Assembly: GCA_022800215.1 (NCBI GenBank)
Contig: JAAWPV010000001.1
Location: forward strand, 45,395 to 109,394
Direction of reading: 5' to 3'
Length of the DNA stretch: 64,000 nt
Origin: Oscillospiraceae bacterium
GTDB taxonomy: Bacteria > Bacillota > Clostridia > Oscillospirales > Oscillospiraceae
Shown: positions 50,166 to 59,868 of the stretch, in pieces
Position numbering within the stretch: the first letter of the stretch is position 1
Layout of the letters: every line of letters starts with the position of its first letter
The notes under the pieces: generated by a model
What the model saw: the letters and a program-made list of their open reading frames with translations, nothing else
Told to the model about the DNA's origin: nothing
Databases searched by the model: none
Made by a program: the position numbers and the translations under genes

Positions 50166-51344
50166 ATGAGCAAAAAGATTCGTTCCATTGCCGCACTGAC
50201 GCTGAGCTTCGCTCTGCTGAGTGCCTGCGGCGGCAAGCCCCAGGAGAACCCCGACCCCACCCCCGGCGAGAGCCAGCCCCAGGGCCCTGTGGTGGAGGAG
50301 TTCTCCGCCGAATACGAAATGTTCGGTACCACCTCCGCCGGCCTGCCCAAGAACGATACCTTTATCTTTGAAGGTACCACCGAGGACGGCATCATCAAGA
50401 CTCTGAACTTCGACATCATCCGGAACAAGGGCCTGGAGGGAGAGTACTCCAAGAAGGACATTATGGGCTACATGATGAACGTCTCTGACGCCACCGTGAG
50501 CAAGAACGAGGACGGCAGCTGGACTCTGTCCGCCCTGAACATCTACGGCTATGAGGAGACCTATGACTTTGGTCAGTATATGATTTATGGTTCCATCGAG
50601 AATCTGACGGAGGAAACCACCTTCAGCGAGCTGACCATCGCCTCCTACACCGGCGAGGTGCTGGACCTGGACCGCTCTACCTTTATTTACCAGTATCTGG
50701 GCAATGAAGCGGATCTGGTCGTCACCGGCGATACCTTCGTGAAGGATCTGCTGGCCATCTTCGGCCTCTATGAGAACGGCAGCTTTGTGGAGGGCACCAA
50801 GCGGGTCTCCTTCGCCGGCTACCACGGCGGCCGCAGCTACGGCGAGCAGATCGACGCCATCGTGGAGCATATTCTCACCCACGACATGACTCTGGAGGAT
50901 GTGTACACCATGTTCCAGACTGTCAACCAGTCTGCTGAGCCCATTCTGGAGCGGGATGCCGTGGCCGGCGCCACCATCGCCTTTGTGGGCGACTTCCAGC
51001 GCATGGTCTACCTTGCCATTCACGGGGAGCTCTTTGAGGGCGTGGTGAACACCACCTCTGTGGAGGGCGGCACCCGCTATGAGGTGGTGACCCAGGGCTT
51101 CGGCGGCGAGGTGGAGACCTATGTAACGATTGACGGTGAGGGCAAGATCACTGCCATCACGGTCCGGGACTCCCAGGAGACCGAGGACGTGGGCGGCAAG
51201 CTCACCGCGGAAGGTTCCGACTTCCTCCAGGCTCTTATCGACAACCAGGATGACCTGACCAAGGTGGACACTGTCTCCGGCGCCACCCTTACCTCCAACG
51301 CCCTCATCAAGGCGGTGGATTACGCTCTGGCTGCCAGTAAGTAA
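50166..51344 (+). CDS. FMN-binding lipoprotein
   Basis: Lipobox LSAC; motifs DAVAGAT and DTVSGATLTS; RBS aaggagg. Confidence 0.8.
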   Translation: MSKKIRSIAALTLSFALLSACGGKPQENPDPTPGESQPQGPVVEEFSAEYEMFGTTSAGLPKNDTFIFEGTTEDGIIKTLNFDIIRNKGLEGEYSKKDIMGYMMNVSDATVSKNEDGSWTLSALNIYGYEETYDFGQYMIYGSIENLTEETTFSELTIASYTGEVLDLDRSTFIYQYLGNEADLVVTGDTFVKDLLAIFGLYENGSFVEGTKRVSFAGYHGGRSYGEQIDAIVEHILTHDMTLEDVYTMFQTVNQSAEPILERDAVAGATIAFVGDFQRMVYLAIHGELFEGVVNTTSVEGGTRYEVVTQGFGGEVETYVTIDGEGKITAITVRDSQETEDVGGKLTAEGSDFLQALIDNQDDLTKVDTVSGATLTSNALIKAVDYALAASK

Positions 51345-51362
51345 TAAGCACATATCAAAGAC

Positions 51363-51400
51363 AAAAAAGTGCCGCGGAGACTTTCTCCGCGGCACTTTTT
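51363..51400. terminator. Bidirectional terminator
   Basis: aaaaaagtgccgcggaga-ctt-tctccgcggcacttttt. Confidence 0.85.
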
Positions 51401-51405
51401 GCGGG

Positions 51406-52803
51406 TTATTCCGCGACCGTTTGGATGCTCTGGACCTTATTCCGCCATTTGCCCTTCTTGTAGGCAATGGCGTGGATGAGGGCGCCTACCAGCCAGGAGA
51501 TGAGCAGGGAGATAAAGATGGAGGCGGGGTCGCCCTTGGGGTTTGCCTCGCTGCGGGTCAGGTAGGCCAGCAGATAGGCCAGGGGCACCCGGATCACGAT
51601 GGTGGTGAAGAAGCTGAGCCACATGGGAGTGGCGGTATCGCCCGCTCCCCGCATAACGCCGCCCATACACTGGGTAATGGCGAAAGCAATGTATCCCGGG
51701 GCCACAATGCGCATCATTTTGGTGGACATTTCGATAAGCTGCGGGGTGTCAGTGAAAAAGCCCATAAGGGTAGGGCAAAAGACGAGAATGAGAGCCACCA
51801 GCACAGCGGCGGTACCCACCGCCAAGGAAGTGCCTACTTTGGCTCCTTGCCTCACCCGGTCGATGTCTCCTGCACCAACGTTCTGGCCGGTGTAGGTGGT
51901 CATGGCATTGCCGAAGGAGAAGTTGGGCATCATCACGAAGCCGTCGATCCGCATGACGGTGGTGTTGCAGGCCATAAAGACAACGCCGAAGGAGTTGGTA
52001 AGGGACTGGACCACCAAGGCCGAGCAGGACATGACCGCCTGGGAGAGGCCCGAGGGGAGTCCCAGCTTGATGAGCTGTATGGCGTAACGCTTGTTGAGCC
52101 CGAAATGCTCCCGCCTGAGGTGCATCACGTCCCGCATGGAAAGGAGCTTCCGCAGGCACAGAACGGCCGAGATGAACTGGGCGATGACGGTGGCGATGGC
52201 CACACCGGCCACGGCCATGTTGAGCTTTGCCACAAAGAAGATATCCAGTCCCACGTTGAGCACGGTGGCGATAATAAGGTACTTGAGGGCGCTGAGGGAA
52301 TCACCCAGCCCCCGGAGGATACCGGAAGCAATGTTGTAGAAGCCCATGCCCGCAATGCCCAGGAAGTAGATGCGCATATAGTCCACACACATATCATAGG
52401 CCTCTGGGGGCGTCTGAAGGAGCCGGAGCATGGGCGCGGCCACCACTGTACCCACCACCATCATGATCAGGGAGGCGATAAGGGTCAGGGTGAGACAGGT
52501 GCCCACTGAATGGGACAGATCCTCCTTCTGCTTCGCACCGAAATACTGGCTCACCATGATGCCGGCGCCGGTGGCGATGCCCACGAAGAGGACGATCAGC
52601 AGGTTCAAAGTGGGTCCGCAGCCCCCCACGGCGGCCAGGGCGCTATCCCCTACGTACTTGCCCACGATCACCGAATCAGCAGTGTTGTAGAGCTGCTGGG
52701 CAATGTTGCCGATGAGCAGGGGGATGGCAAAGGAAACGATCTTCTTCCAGGGGGTCCCCACGGTCATATCCTGGGCAGTAAAAAATTTTGACAAACTTGA
52801 CAT
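51406..52803 (-). CDS. MATE family efflux transporter
   Basis: FAIPLLIGNIAQQLYNTADS, LRGLGDS, MRGAGDT motifs. Confidence 0.9.
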   Translation of the reverse strand: MSSLSKFFTAQDMTVGTPWKKIVSFAIPLLIGNIAQQLYNTADSVIVGKYVGDSALAAVGGCGPTLNLLIVLFVGIATGAGIMVSQYFGAKQKEDLSHSVGTCLTLTLIASLIMMVVGTVVAAPMLRLLQTPPEAYDMCVDYMRIYFLGIAGMGFYNIASGILRGLGDSLSALKYLIIATVLNVGLDIFFVAKLNMAVAGVAIATVIAQFISAVLCLRKLLSMRDVMHLRREHFGLNKRYAIQLIKLGLPSGLSQAVMSCSALVVQSLTNSFGVVFMACNTTVMRIDGFVMMPNFSFGNAMTTYTGQNVGAGDIDRVRQGAKVGTSLAVGTAAVLVALILVFCPTLMGFFTDTPQLIEMSTKMMRIVAPGYIAFAITQCMGGVMRGAGDTATPMWLSFFTTIVIRVPLAYLLAYLTRSEANPKGDPASIFISLLISWLVGALIHAIAYKKGKWRNKVQSIQTVAE

Positions 52804-52963
52804 GATCCACCTCGATTGTAAAATGCTTCGCTGGGGGGTCCGGCGATAGAGTAATAGAGGGAGTATATCATACTTTTTCCCCATTTACAAGAGGGGACAA
52901 ACAACGTATAATAAACGCAGGAAGAAAAGGGGATTTATATAATCTGTAAAAGGAGAATTTACC

Positions 52964-53596
52964 ATGTTTGACGGCATCTTATTTGACCTGGACGGCACCC
53001 TCTGGGATTCGGTGTCCGGGGTGACGAAAAGCTGGAACATCGGCATTTTGGAGGAGAAGGTGGACCGTGCCCCCCTTACCGAGGAGGACGTCCGGGCGGG
53101 TATGGGCAAGACCCTGCCCGATATTGCCGCCATTCTCTTTCCCATGCTGGAGCGCCCCCGGCAGCTGGAGGTCATGGACCGCTGCTGCCAGGTGGAGAAC
53201 GAGTACCTGGCGAAAAACGGGGCTTACGTCTTCCCCGGGGTGGAGGAGACCCTGAAGACCCTCTCCGCCCAGTGTCCTCTTTTCGTGGTGAGCAACTGCC
53301 AGAGCGGCTACATCGAGGCCTTTTTTGCGGGCACCGGCCTGGGCAAATACTTTGCCGGCCTGGAGTGCGCCGGCAACACGGGGAAACCCAAGAGCGAGAA
53401 CATCGCTCTGGTGTGCCGGCGGGAGGGGCTCAAGAACCCGGTCTACGTGGGGGATACCCTCTTGGACTGCCAGTCCGCCCGGGAGGCCGGGGTTCCCTTC
53501 GTCCACGCCGCCTACGGCTTTGGCAAGGTGGAGGGCGTGCCCGCCGTCCACAGCTTCCCGGAGCTTCCCCAGGTGCTGGCCGAGCTGAGCAAATAA
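52964..53596 (+). CDS. HAD-family hydrolase
   Basis: FDLDGTLWDS, VVSN, K.ENI, YVGDT..D. Confidence 0.88.
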   Translation: MFDGILFDLDGTLWDSVSGVTKSWNIGILEEKVDRAPLTEEDVRAGMGKTLPDIAAILFPMLERPRQLEVMDRCCQVENEYLAKNGAYVFPGVEETLKTLSAQCPLFVVSNCQSGYIEAFFAGTGLGKYFAGLECAGNTGKPKSENIALVCRREGLKNPVYVGDTLLDCQSAREAGVPFVHAAYGFGKVEGVPAVHSFPELPQVLAELSK

Positions 53597-53617
53597 GCGA
53601 ACCCTTGCAGTACAGTG

Positions 53618-53654
53618 AAAAAGGGACTCTCCGATTTCCGGAGAGTCCCTTTTA
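53618..53654. terminator. Bidirectional terminator
   Basis: aaaaagggactctccg-atttc-cggagagtccctttt. Confidence 0.8.
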
Positions 53655-53697
53655 TGGTATCGTGAAAAAATAAACTTAAAAATATTTTTTTGTTGGC

Positions 53698-53733
53698 TGT
53701 ACGGAAACGTCCCACCCGAGGGGGCGTTTTATC
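53698..53733 (+). repeat. 36-bp oriented intergenic motif, copy 4
   Basis: First 18 bp tgtacggaaacgtcccac identical to 6791; upstream cttaaaaatat also shared. Confidence 0.75.
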
Positions 53734-53756
53734 CATATTATAGAGGGAGGTTTTGT

Positions 53757-53884
53757 GGGGCTGTCAGGCTGCGAAGCGACCAGGACGTTCGGTTGCTTTC
53801 CCTCCGACTCAGGCTGGTCTTAGGCCGCTCTGCGGCCTTGCACTCGCCCTCGCTCCAGTCCAAGCGCCCTCGTTGTCCGCTTCT
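53757..53884 (-). repeat. Structured intergenic repeat, copy D
   Basis: Reverse complement agaagcggacaacgagggcgcttggactggagcgagggcgag…aggccgc-aga-gcggcct aagaccagcctgagtcggagggaaagcaaccga…ctgacagcccc. Confidence 0.8.
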
Positions 53885-53891
53885 CCGCCCT

Positions 53892-54809
53892 TCAGTTCAA
53901 AAACCCCTCCAAGATCTTTTCCTCCGCTTCCTCCTCGGTAAGGCCCAAAGTCAGCAGCTTCAGGATCTGGTCCCCGGCGATGCGCCCGATGGCCGCCTCA
54001 TGGATGAGCTGGGCGTCTACGTCCTGGGCGTCAATGGCGGGAATGGACTTGATTTTCGCCTTATCCATCAGGATGGAATCGCACTGCACATGGCCGAAGC
54101 AGTCCGACTTGCCCGTCATGCAGGGCCGGAACACCTGCACCGATTCCCCCCGGCCCACCGACCGGGAGATGACCCGTCCGGTGGCGCCCGGGCCCTTCAA
54201 AATGATTTCCATATTGCTCTCGGCCACCTGTTTGCCGTCGGTCATCAGCTTCTCATTGATGACGCACTCGCCTCCGGCTTCCACCTCCACCACCGTGTCC
54301 CGGACGGTGGAGTCCACCCCCTTGATTTGGGTCATCTCCATGGTGATGGAGGCCCCTTCCTCCAGATAGACCTCGGTCCGGGGATTCAGGATCCTCTCTC
54401 CGGTGCCGTCCCCCTCGCCGTAGTGCCGCTCCACATACCGGACCTTGGCGTTCTTGCCGATGTGGAAGACATGGATGCCGTCGTGCTGGCTGGTTTCGCA
54501 GCCTGCGTTGTGGATGCCGCAGCCCGCCACAATGTCCACGTCGGCACCCTCGCCGATATAAAAATCGTTGTACACAAGGTCGGTAAGTCCCGACTGGGTG
54601 AGGACCACGGGGATGTGAATGCTCTCCCCCTTAGTGCCCGGCTTCACAGTGATGTCGATGCCCGGCTTGTCCTCCTTGGAGGCAATGTCAATGTTGGCGG
54701 TGGTGTTCCGGCCGTCCAACTGCCCGTTGACCCGGAAGTTGTAGGCCCCCTGAGGGGTCTTTTCCAAATCAGCGATGGCCTTTAAGATCTTCAGTTCCGT
54801 CTTGTCCAT
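53892..54809 (-). CDS. SufB/SufD-family Fe-S scaffold protein
   Basis: Beta-helix, AGCG, GHVQCDSIL, HEAAIGRI…L..LGL.EEEA…I..GFL. Confidence 0.88.
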   Translation of the reverse strand: MDKTELKILKAIADLEKTPQGAYNFRVNGQLDGRNTTANIDIASKEDKPGIDITVKPGTKGESIHIPVVLTQSGLTDLVYNDFYIGEGADVDIVAGCGIHNAGCETSQHDGIHVFHIGKNAKVRYVERHYGEGDGTGERILNPRTEVYLEEGASITMEMTQIKGVDSTVRDTVVEVEAGGECVINEKLMTDGKQVAESNMEIILKGPGATGRVISRSVGRGESVQVFRPCMTGKSDCFGHVQCDSILMDKAKIKSIPAIDAQDVDAQLIHEAAIGRIAGDQILKLLTLGLTEEEAEEKILEGFLN

Positions 54810-55546
54810 CAGCGGTCACCTTCTCTCATATAGCCGCAGCCCGGCAGAGTCCGGGCCATGATCTGGGGAAAGATCTCGTCCTTGGGCCCCTGCATGGCCA
54901 CCTTGCCCTGCTCCACCACCACGATCTCGTCGGCCAGATTGATAATCCGCTCCTGATGGGAGATGATGAGCAGGGTGGAATCCCCTTTCTTGTGGATGTT
55001 CTCAAAGGTCTCGGTGAGCTTGGCGAAGGACCATAGGTCGATGCCCGCCTCGGGCTCGTCAAAGATCATAAGTCCCGCCTTTCGGGCCAGAATGGTGGCG
55101 ATCTCGATCCGCTTCACTTCACCCCCGGACAGGGAGGCGTCCACCTCCCGGTCAATGTAGTCGTCGGCGCACAGCCCCACCTGGGTCAGGTATTGGCAGC
55201 CCTCCCCGGGGGTCAGGTCGGCCTTGCCGGCGGCCAGGGCCAGAAGGTCCTTCACCTTCATGCCCTTGAACCGGGGGGGCTGCTGGAAGCCGTAGCTGAC
55301 GCCCAGCTTGGCCCGCTCTGTGATGGAAAGGTTGGTAATGTCCTGCCCGTTCCAGAGGATGGTGCCCCCGGTGGGCTGGTTGAGGCCCATGATGGTCCGG
55401 GCCAGGGAGGTCTTGCCGCCGCCGTTGGGGCCGGTGATGACCACCAGCTTCCCCGGTTCCACAGTGAGGGAGACATCCCGGAGGATGCCCAGCTCATTCC
55501 CGTCCTCCGCCGTTACGTCGTAACGCAGATGGCTGATTTCTAACAT
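54809..55546 (-). CDS. SufC-like ABC ATPase
   Basis: GPNGGGKT, FQQPPRF, LSGGEVKRIE, FDEPEAGIDL; coupled to the sufB-like gene. Confidence 0.88.
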   Translation of the reverse strand: MLEISHLRYDVTAEDGNELGILRDVSLTVEPGKLVVITGPNGGGKTSLARTIMGLNQPTGGTILWNGQDITNLSITERAKLGVSYGFQQPPRFKGMKVKDLLALAAGKADLTPGEGCQYLTQVGLCADDYIDREVDASLSGGEVKRIEIATILARKAGLMIFDEPEAGIDLWSFAKLTETFENIHKKGDSTLLIISHQERIINLADEIVVVEQGKVAMQGPKDEIFPQIMARTLPGCGYMREGDR

Positions 55547-55707
55547 AATATAACTCCTTTGTATACGGATGGTTATTTCCCACTAATTTAATATTATATC
55601 GCAGAAAATGGAAAATACAAGAGCCGAAGCGAAATTCCACGCCGGCGTTTGCACTTTTTTCCCCAATCTGCTATACTGGCAGAAAACCCCTCAAAGGAGG
55701 TATTTTT

Positions 55708-56424
55708 GTGAGAGTTGCTCTCATCACCGGTGGGAGCCGGGGCATTGGCGCTGCCGTAGCCCGGAAGCTTCATGCCGACGGCTGTACCGTGGTCATCGAC
55801 TATATCCATTCCAAGGACAGGGCGGAGGCCCTGGCGGCGGAGCTGGACGGCATCGCCCTCCAGGCCGATGTTTCCGACCCGGCGGTGGTTTGCCGCCTGG
55901 TTGACACTGTGTTAGAAAAATTTTGTCAACTTGACGTTTTGGTGTGCAATGCCGGGGCGGCCTGGCAGGGACTCACCCAGGATATGACCGACGAAGACTA
56001 CCGCCGGGTCATGGGTACCGGGCTGGACGGAACTTTCTACTGCTGCCGGGCGGCTCTGCCCCAGATGCTCCGGCAGAAATCAGGGAAGATCATCACCGTC
56101 TCCTCCATGTGGGGCCAGGTGGGCGGCTCCTGCGAAGCGGCCTATTCCGCTGCCAAGGCGGGGGTCATCGGCCTCACCAAGGCCCTTGCCAAGGAGGTGG
56201 CCCCTTCGGGCATCACGGTGAACTGCATCGCCCCCGGCGTCATCGACACCGACATGGTTCGGTCCCTTGGGACAGAGGCGCTTCAGGACCTGGCGGAGGA
56301 GACGCCTTTGGGCCGTCTGGGCACAGCGGAGGACGTGGCGGAGTGCGTTTCCTTCCTCTGCTCCCCGGCGGCGGACTTCCTCACCGGTCAGGTCATTGCC
56401 CCCAACGGCGGCCTGGTGATCTAA
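55708..56424 (+). CDS. SDR oxidoreductase (FabG/YmfI-like)
   Basis: TGGSRGIG, NAG, SSMWGQVGGSCEAAYSAAK (YxxxK). Confidence 0.88.
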   Translation: MRVALITGGSRGIGAAVARKLHADGCTVVIDYIHSKDRAEALAAELDGIALQADVSDPAVVCRLVDTVLEKFCQLDVLVCNAGAAWQGLTQDMTDEDYRRVMGTGLDGTFYCCRAALPQMLRQKSGKIITVSSMWGQVGGSCEAAYSAAKAGVIGLTKALAKEVAPSGITVNCIAPGVIDTDMVRSLGTEALQDLAEETPLGRLGTAEDVAECVSFLCSPAADFLTGQVIAPNGGLVI

Positions 56425-56488
56425 GGAGATTCGTCATAATGTACAAAAATGTGGATTCTGAATTGGCGATATTGTAGTATTTAGGTGG

Positions 56489-56517
56489 TTGACAATTTAG
56501 AGGAAGGCTCTTATAAT
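56489..56517 (+). promoter_or_regulatory. SigA promoter of the liv operon
   Basis: TTGACA-17 nt-TATAAT. Confidence 0.88.
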
Positions 56518-56546
56518 GTCAACAACCTAAAAGGAGGCTGACTGAA

Positions 56547-57755
56547 ATGAAAAAACGTGTAATTGCTCTTGCAATGGCTTCTGCCATGACCCTAGGCCTG
56601 CTCAGCGGCTGCGGCGGAAAGGCCGATCCCACTCCCACCCCCGGAACTTCCACGCCTGTCTCCCAGGGCAATGACGGCGCTGTCACCATTAAGATCGGCG
56701 GCATCGGCCCCATCACCGGCGACGTGGCCCAGTACGGCACCGCAACCCAGTGGGGCGCCGAAATCGCCGTGGAAGAGATCAACGCCCTGGGCGGCCCCAT
56801 CCGGTTTGACTTCAAGTACGAGGACGACACCGGCTCCGCCGACACCGCCGTCTCCGCATACAACAACCTGAAGGACTGGGCCAAGGACGCTCCTCTGGTC
56901 ATCTACGGCACCACAACCACCACCCCCTGCATCACCGTGGCCTCTGAGACCAACGCCGACCGGTACTTCCAGCTCACCCCTTCCGCTTCCTCCCCTGAGG
57001 TGGTGGCGGGCAAGGACAATGTGTTCCAGATGTGCTTCACCGACCCCTATCTGGGCACCGCCGGCGCGGAGTACCTGAAGGACAAGGGCCTGGGCACCAA
57101 GTATGCCGTCATCTACAACAACGGTGACGCCTACTCCACCGGCATTGCCGAGGCCTTCCTGGCCAAGGCCAAGGAGCTGAATATGGACGTAGTGACCACC
57201 CAGACCTACCCTGATGACGAGACTGCCGACTACACCGTCCAGCTCACCGCCTGCAAGGATGCCGGGGCTGACGTGGTGTTCCTGCCCATCTACTACACCC
57301 CCGCCTCCCTGATCCTGAACCAGGCCAAGCAGATGGATTACGCCCCCCTGTTCATCGGCGGCGACGGCATGGACGGCATCCTGGACATGGAGGGCTTTGA
57401 CAAGTCCCTGGCCGAGGGCCTGCTCCTTATGACCCCCTTCAGCGCCGGAGCCGAGGATGAGCGCACCGTGAACTTCGTCTCCAAGTTCCAGGAGGCCCAC
57501 GGCATTCTGCCCAACCAGTTTGCCGCCGACGGCTACGACTGCATGTACGCCATCTATGAGGCCTGCCAGCAGATCGACGGCATTGCCGATATGGACAGCG
57601 CGCAGCTCTGCGATGCTTTGTCCCAGGTCTTTGGCAGCGGAACCTTCGCAGTGGACGGCCTCACCGGCAAGGACATGACCTGGCTTTCCACCGGCGAGAT
57701 CTCCAAGTCCCCTCTGATCTTCAAGGTGGAGAACGGCGTCTACGTGGATGCCTAA
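56547..57755 (+). CDS. livK: Branched-chain amino acid ABC transporter binding lipoprotein
   Basis: Lipobox LSGC, IKIG..GP.TG..A.YG, AVEEINA.GG. Confidence 0.88.
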   Translation: MKKRVIALAMASAMTLGLLSGCGGKADPTPTPGTSTPVSQGNDGAVTIKIGGIGPITGDVAQYGTATQWGAEIAVEEINALGGPIRFDFKYEDDTGSADTAVSAYNNLKDWAKDAPLVIYGTTTTTPCITVASETNADRYFQLTPSASSPEVVAGKDNVFQMCFTDPYLGTAGAEYLKDKGLGTKYAVIYNNGDAYSTGIAEAFLAKAKELNMDVVTTQTYPDDETADYTVQLTACKDAGADVVFLPIYYTPASLILNQAKQMDYAPLFIGGDGMDGILDMEGFDKSLAEGLLLMTPFSAGAEDERTVNFVSKFQEAHGILPNQFAADGYDCMYAIYEACQQIDGIADMDSAQLCDALSQVFGSGTFAVDGLTGKDMTWLSTGEISKSPLIFKVENGVYVDA

Positions 57756-57887
57756 AACGAAATAGATTGGGAAGAGGTCAGCCCCGTCCGGCGGCTCTTC
57801 CTTCGGCCATGGCAGGGGCGATCCCCCTGCCATGGCCGTGTCCTATTTATATAAGATGTGTTTTGAGAGAATAAAAGAGGTGAAGGT

Positions 57888-58778
57888 ATGTCATTTCTGA
57901 ACAATGTGATCACCGGCGTCAGCCTGGGCAGCATCTACGCCATCATCGCCTTGGGCTACACCATGGTCTACGGCATTGCCAAGATGCTGAACTTTGCCCA
58001 CGGCGACGTTATCATGGTGGGGGCCTACGTGTGCTTCCTGGCCATGGGCAATTCCGGCCTGCCCCCTGTGGTGGGGGTGCTGCTGGCGGTGCTGGTGTGC
58101 ACCGTGCTGGGCATGGTAATCGAGCGGCTGGCCTACAAGCCCCTCCGCTCCGCCCCCTCCCTGGCAGTGCTCATCACCGCCATCGGCGTCAGCTACCTGC
58201 TCCAGAACAGCGCCCAGATCTTCTGGGGCGCTGCCACCAAGACCTTTACCCCCATCGTCAGCACCGACCCGGAGGCCCGGCTCTGGCTGGTTCCCGGCCA
58301 GCTCAGCATCTCCTATGTGGCCATCTTGTCGGTGGCCTGCTGTGTCGTCGTCATGGCGGGCCTCACCCTCTTCACGGGCAAAACAAAGATGGGTAAGGCC
58401 ATGCGGGCCTGTTCGGAGAACAAGGCCGCCGCCCAGCTCATGGGCATCAACGTGGATTCCACCATCTCCATGACCTTTGCCATCGGCTCGGCCCTGGCGG
58501 CTTTGGCGGGGGTGCTGATGTGCTCGGCCTATCCTGTGCTTTCCCCCACCACGGGGTCTCTGCCCGGCATCCGGGCCTTTACCGCCGCCGTCTTCGGCGG
58601 CATCGGCTCCATCCCGGGAGCCTTTTTGGGCGGCATCCTGCTGGGGGTCATCGAGACCTTTGTCAAGGCTTATATCTCCACCGACCTTTCCGACGCTGTG
58701 GTGTTCGCGGTGCTGATCGTGGTGCTGTTGGTGAAGCCATCCGGCCTGTTGGGCAAGTACGTGCCCGAGAAAGTGTGA
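57888..58778 (+). CDS. livH: BCAA ABC permease
   Basis: GSIYA.IALGYTMVYG…NFAHG, G.AMRA…AA.LMGIN. Confidence 0.92.
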   Translation: MSFLNNVITGVSLGSIYAIIALGYTMVYGIAKMLNFAHGDVIMVGAYVCFLAMGNSGLPPVVGVLLAVLVCTVLGMVIERLAYKPLRSAPSLAVLITAIGVSYLLQNSAQIFWGAATKTFTPIVSTDPEARLWLVPGQLSISYVAILSVACCVVVMAGLTLFTGKTKMGKAMRACSENKAAAQLMGINVDSTISMTFAIGSALAALAGVLMCSAYPVLSPTTGSLPGIRAFTAAVFGGIGSIPGAFLGGILLGVIETFVKAYISTDLSDAVVFAVLIVVLLVKPSGLLGKYVPEKV

Positions 58779-58785
58779 GGCGGCT

Positions 58786-59868
58786 ATGAAAAAGAAAATG
58801 AGTAAAAGCGCCCGGAACGGGTTTATCAATTACGGCCTTGTCATCGCTGCCTTCTTTGTCCTTCGGCTCCTGGTGGGAGCCGGAAAGCTGTCCAACTCCC
58901 TCCAAAGCCTTCTGGTCCCCGCCTGCTGCTATATGGTCATGGCGGTGTCCCTGAACTTGACGGTGGGCATCCTGGGCGAACTGAGCCTGGGCCATGCCGG
59001 CTTTATGAGCCTCGGGGCCTTCAGCGGCATCGTTACCGCCGTTGCGCTGCAAGGCGCCATCCCCTCCGTTCCGCTGCGCCTGGCCCTGGCCATGGTGGTG
59101 GGCGCCCTGGTGGGCGCCCTGGGCGGCGTCATCGTGGGGGTGCCGGTGCTCCGGCTCCGGGGAGACTATTTGGCCATCGTCACTTTGGCCTTCGGCCAGA
59201 TCATCAAAAACATCATCACCGTGCTCTATGTGGGTGTGGACGGCAAGGGCCTCCACATCGCCCTCAGCAATGAGGCCCTCCGCCTTGCAGAGGGAGGCAC
59301 CACCATCATCAAGGGCCCCATGGGGGCGGTGGGGGTCACCAAGCTGGCCTCCTTCACCGCCGGGTTCCTGCTGATTCTCATCACCCTGATGGTGGTCCAG
59401 AACCTGGTGAACTCCCGCTCCGGCCGGGCCATCCTGGCCCTCCGGGATAACCGCATCGCCGCTGAGAGCGTGGGGGTCAACGTCATTAAGTATAAGCTGA
59501 TGGCCTTTGTCACCTCCGCCGCCCTGGCGGGAGCCGCCGGCGCCCTCTTCGGCCTTAACTACTCCTCCACCGTGGCCTCCAAGTTCGACTTCAATACCTC
59601 CATTCTGGTACTGGTTTTTGTGGTGCTGGGCGGTCTGGGCTCCATCCGGGGCTCCCTCATCTCGGCGGCCCTTCTCTATGTCCTGCCCGAGCTGCTCCGG
59701 TCCTTTGACATCGCCGAGTACCGGATGCTCATTTATGCCGTTGTTCTCATTCTGGTGATGCTGTGTACCAATAACCCAACCCTCCGGAGCCTGATCGAGG
59801 GTCTGAAGGAGAAGCTGGGAAGCCAAAAGGCTGTCCGGGAAGGGAAAGGAGGCGGGGCAAATGAGTAA
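58786..59868 (+). CDS. livM: BCAA ABC permease
   Basis: GELSLGHAGF, LRLRGDYLAIVTLAF, GRA..A.RDN..AAES.G. Confidence 0.92.
   Translation: MKKKMSKSARNGFINYGLVIAAFFVLRLLVGAGKLSNSLQSLLVPACCYMVMAVSLNLTVGILGELSLGHAGFMSLGAFSGIVTAVALQGAIPSVPLRLALAMVVGALVGALGGVIVGVPVLRLRGDYLAIVTLAFGQIIKNIITVLYVGVDGKGLHIALSNEALRLAEGGTTIIKGPMGAVGVTKLASFTAGFLLILITLMVVQNLVNSRSGRAILALRDNRIAAESVGVNVIKYKLMAFVTSAALAGAAGALFGLNYSSTVASKFDFNTSILVLVFVVLGGLGSIRGSLISAALLYVLPELLRSFDIAEYRMLIYAVVLILVMLCTNNPTLRSLIEGLKEKLGSQKAVREGKGGGANE

Noticed and set aside
53753-53941. 62-aa ORF with RBS-like gggagg
   Set aside because: It is the antisense of repeat copy D and the sufB-like 3' end, with no protein-like features
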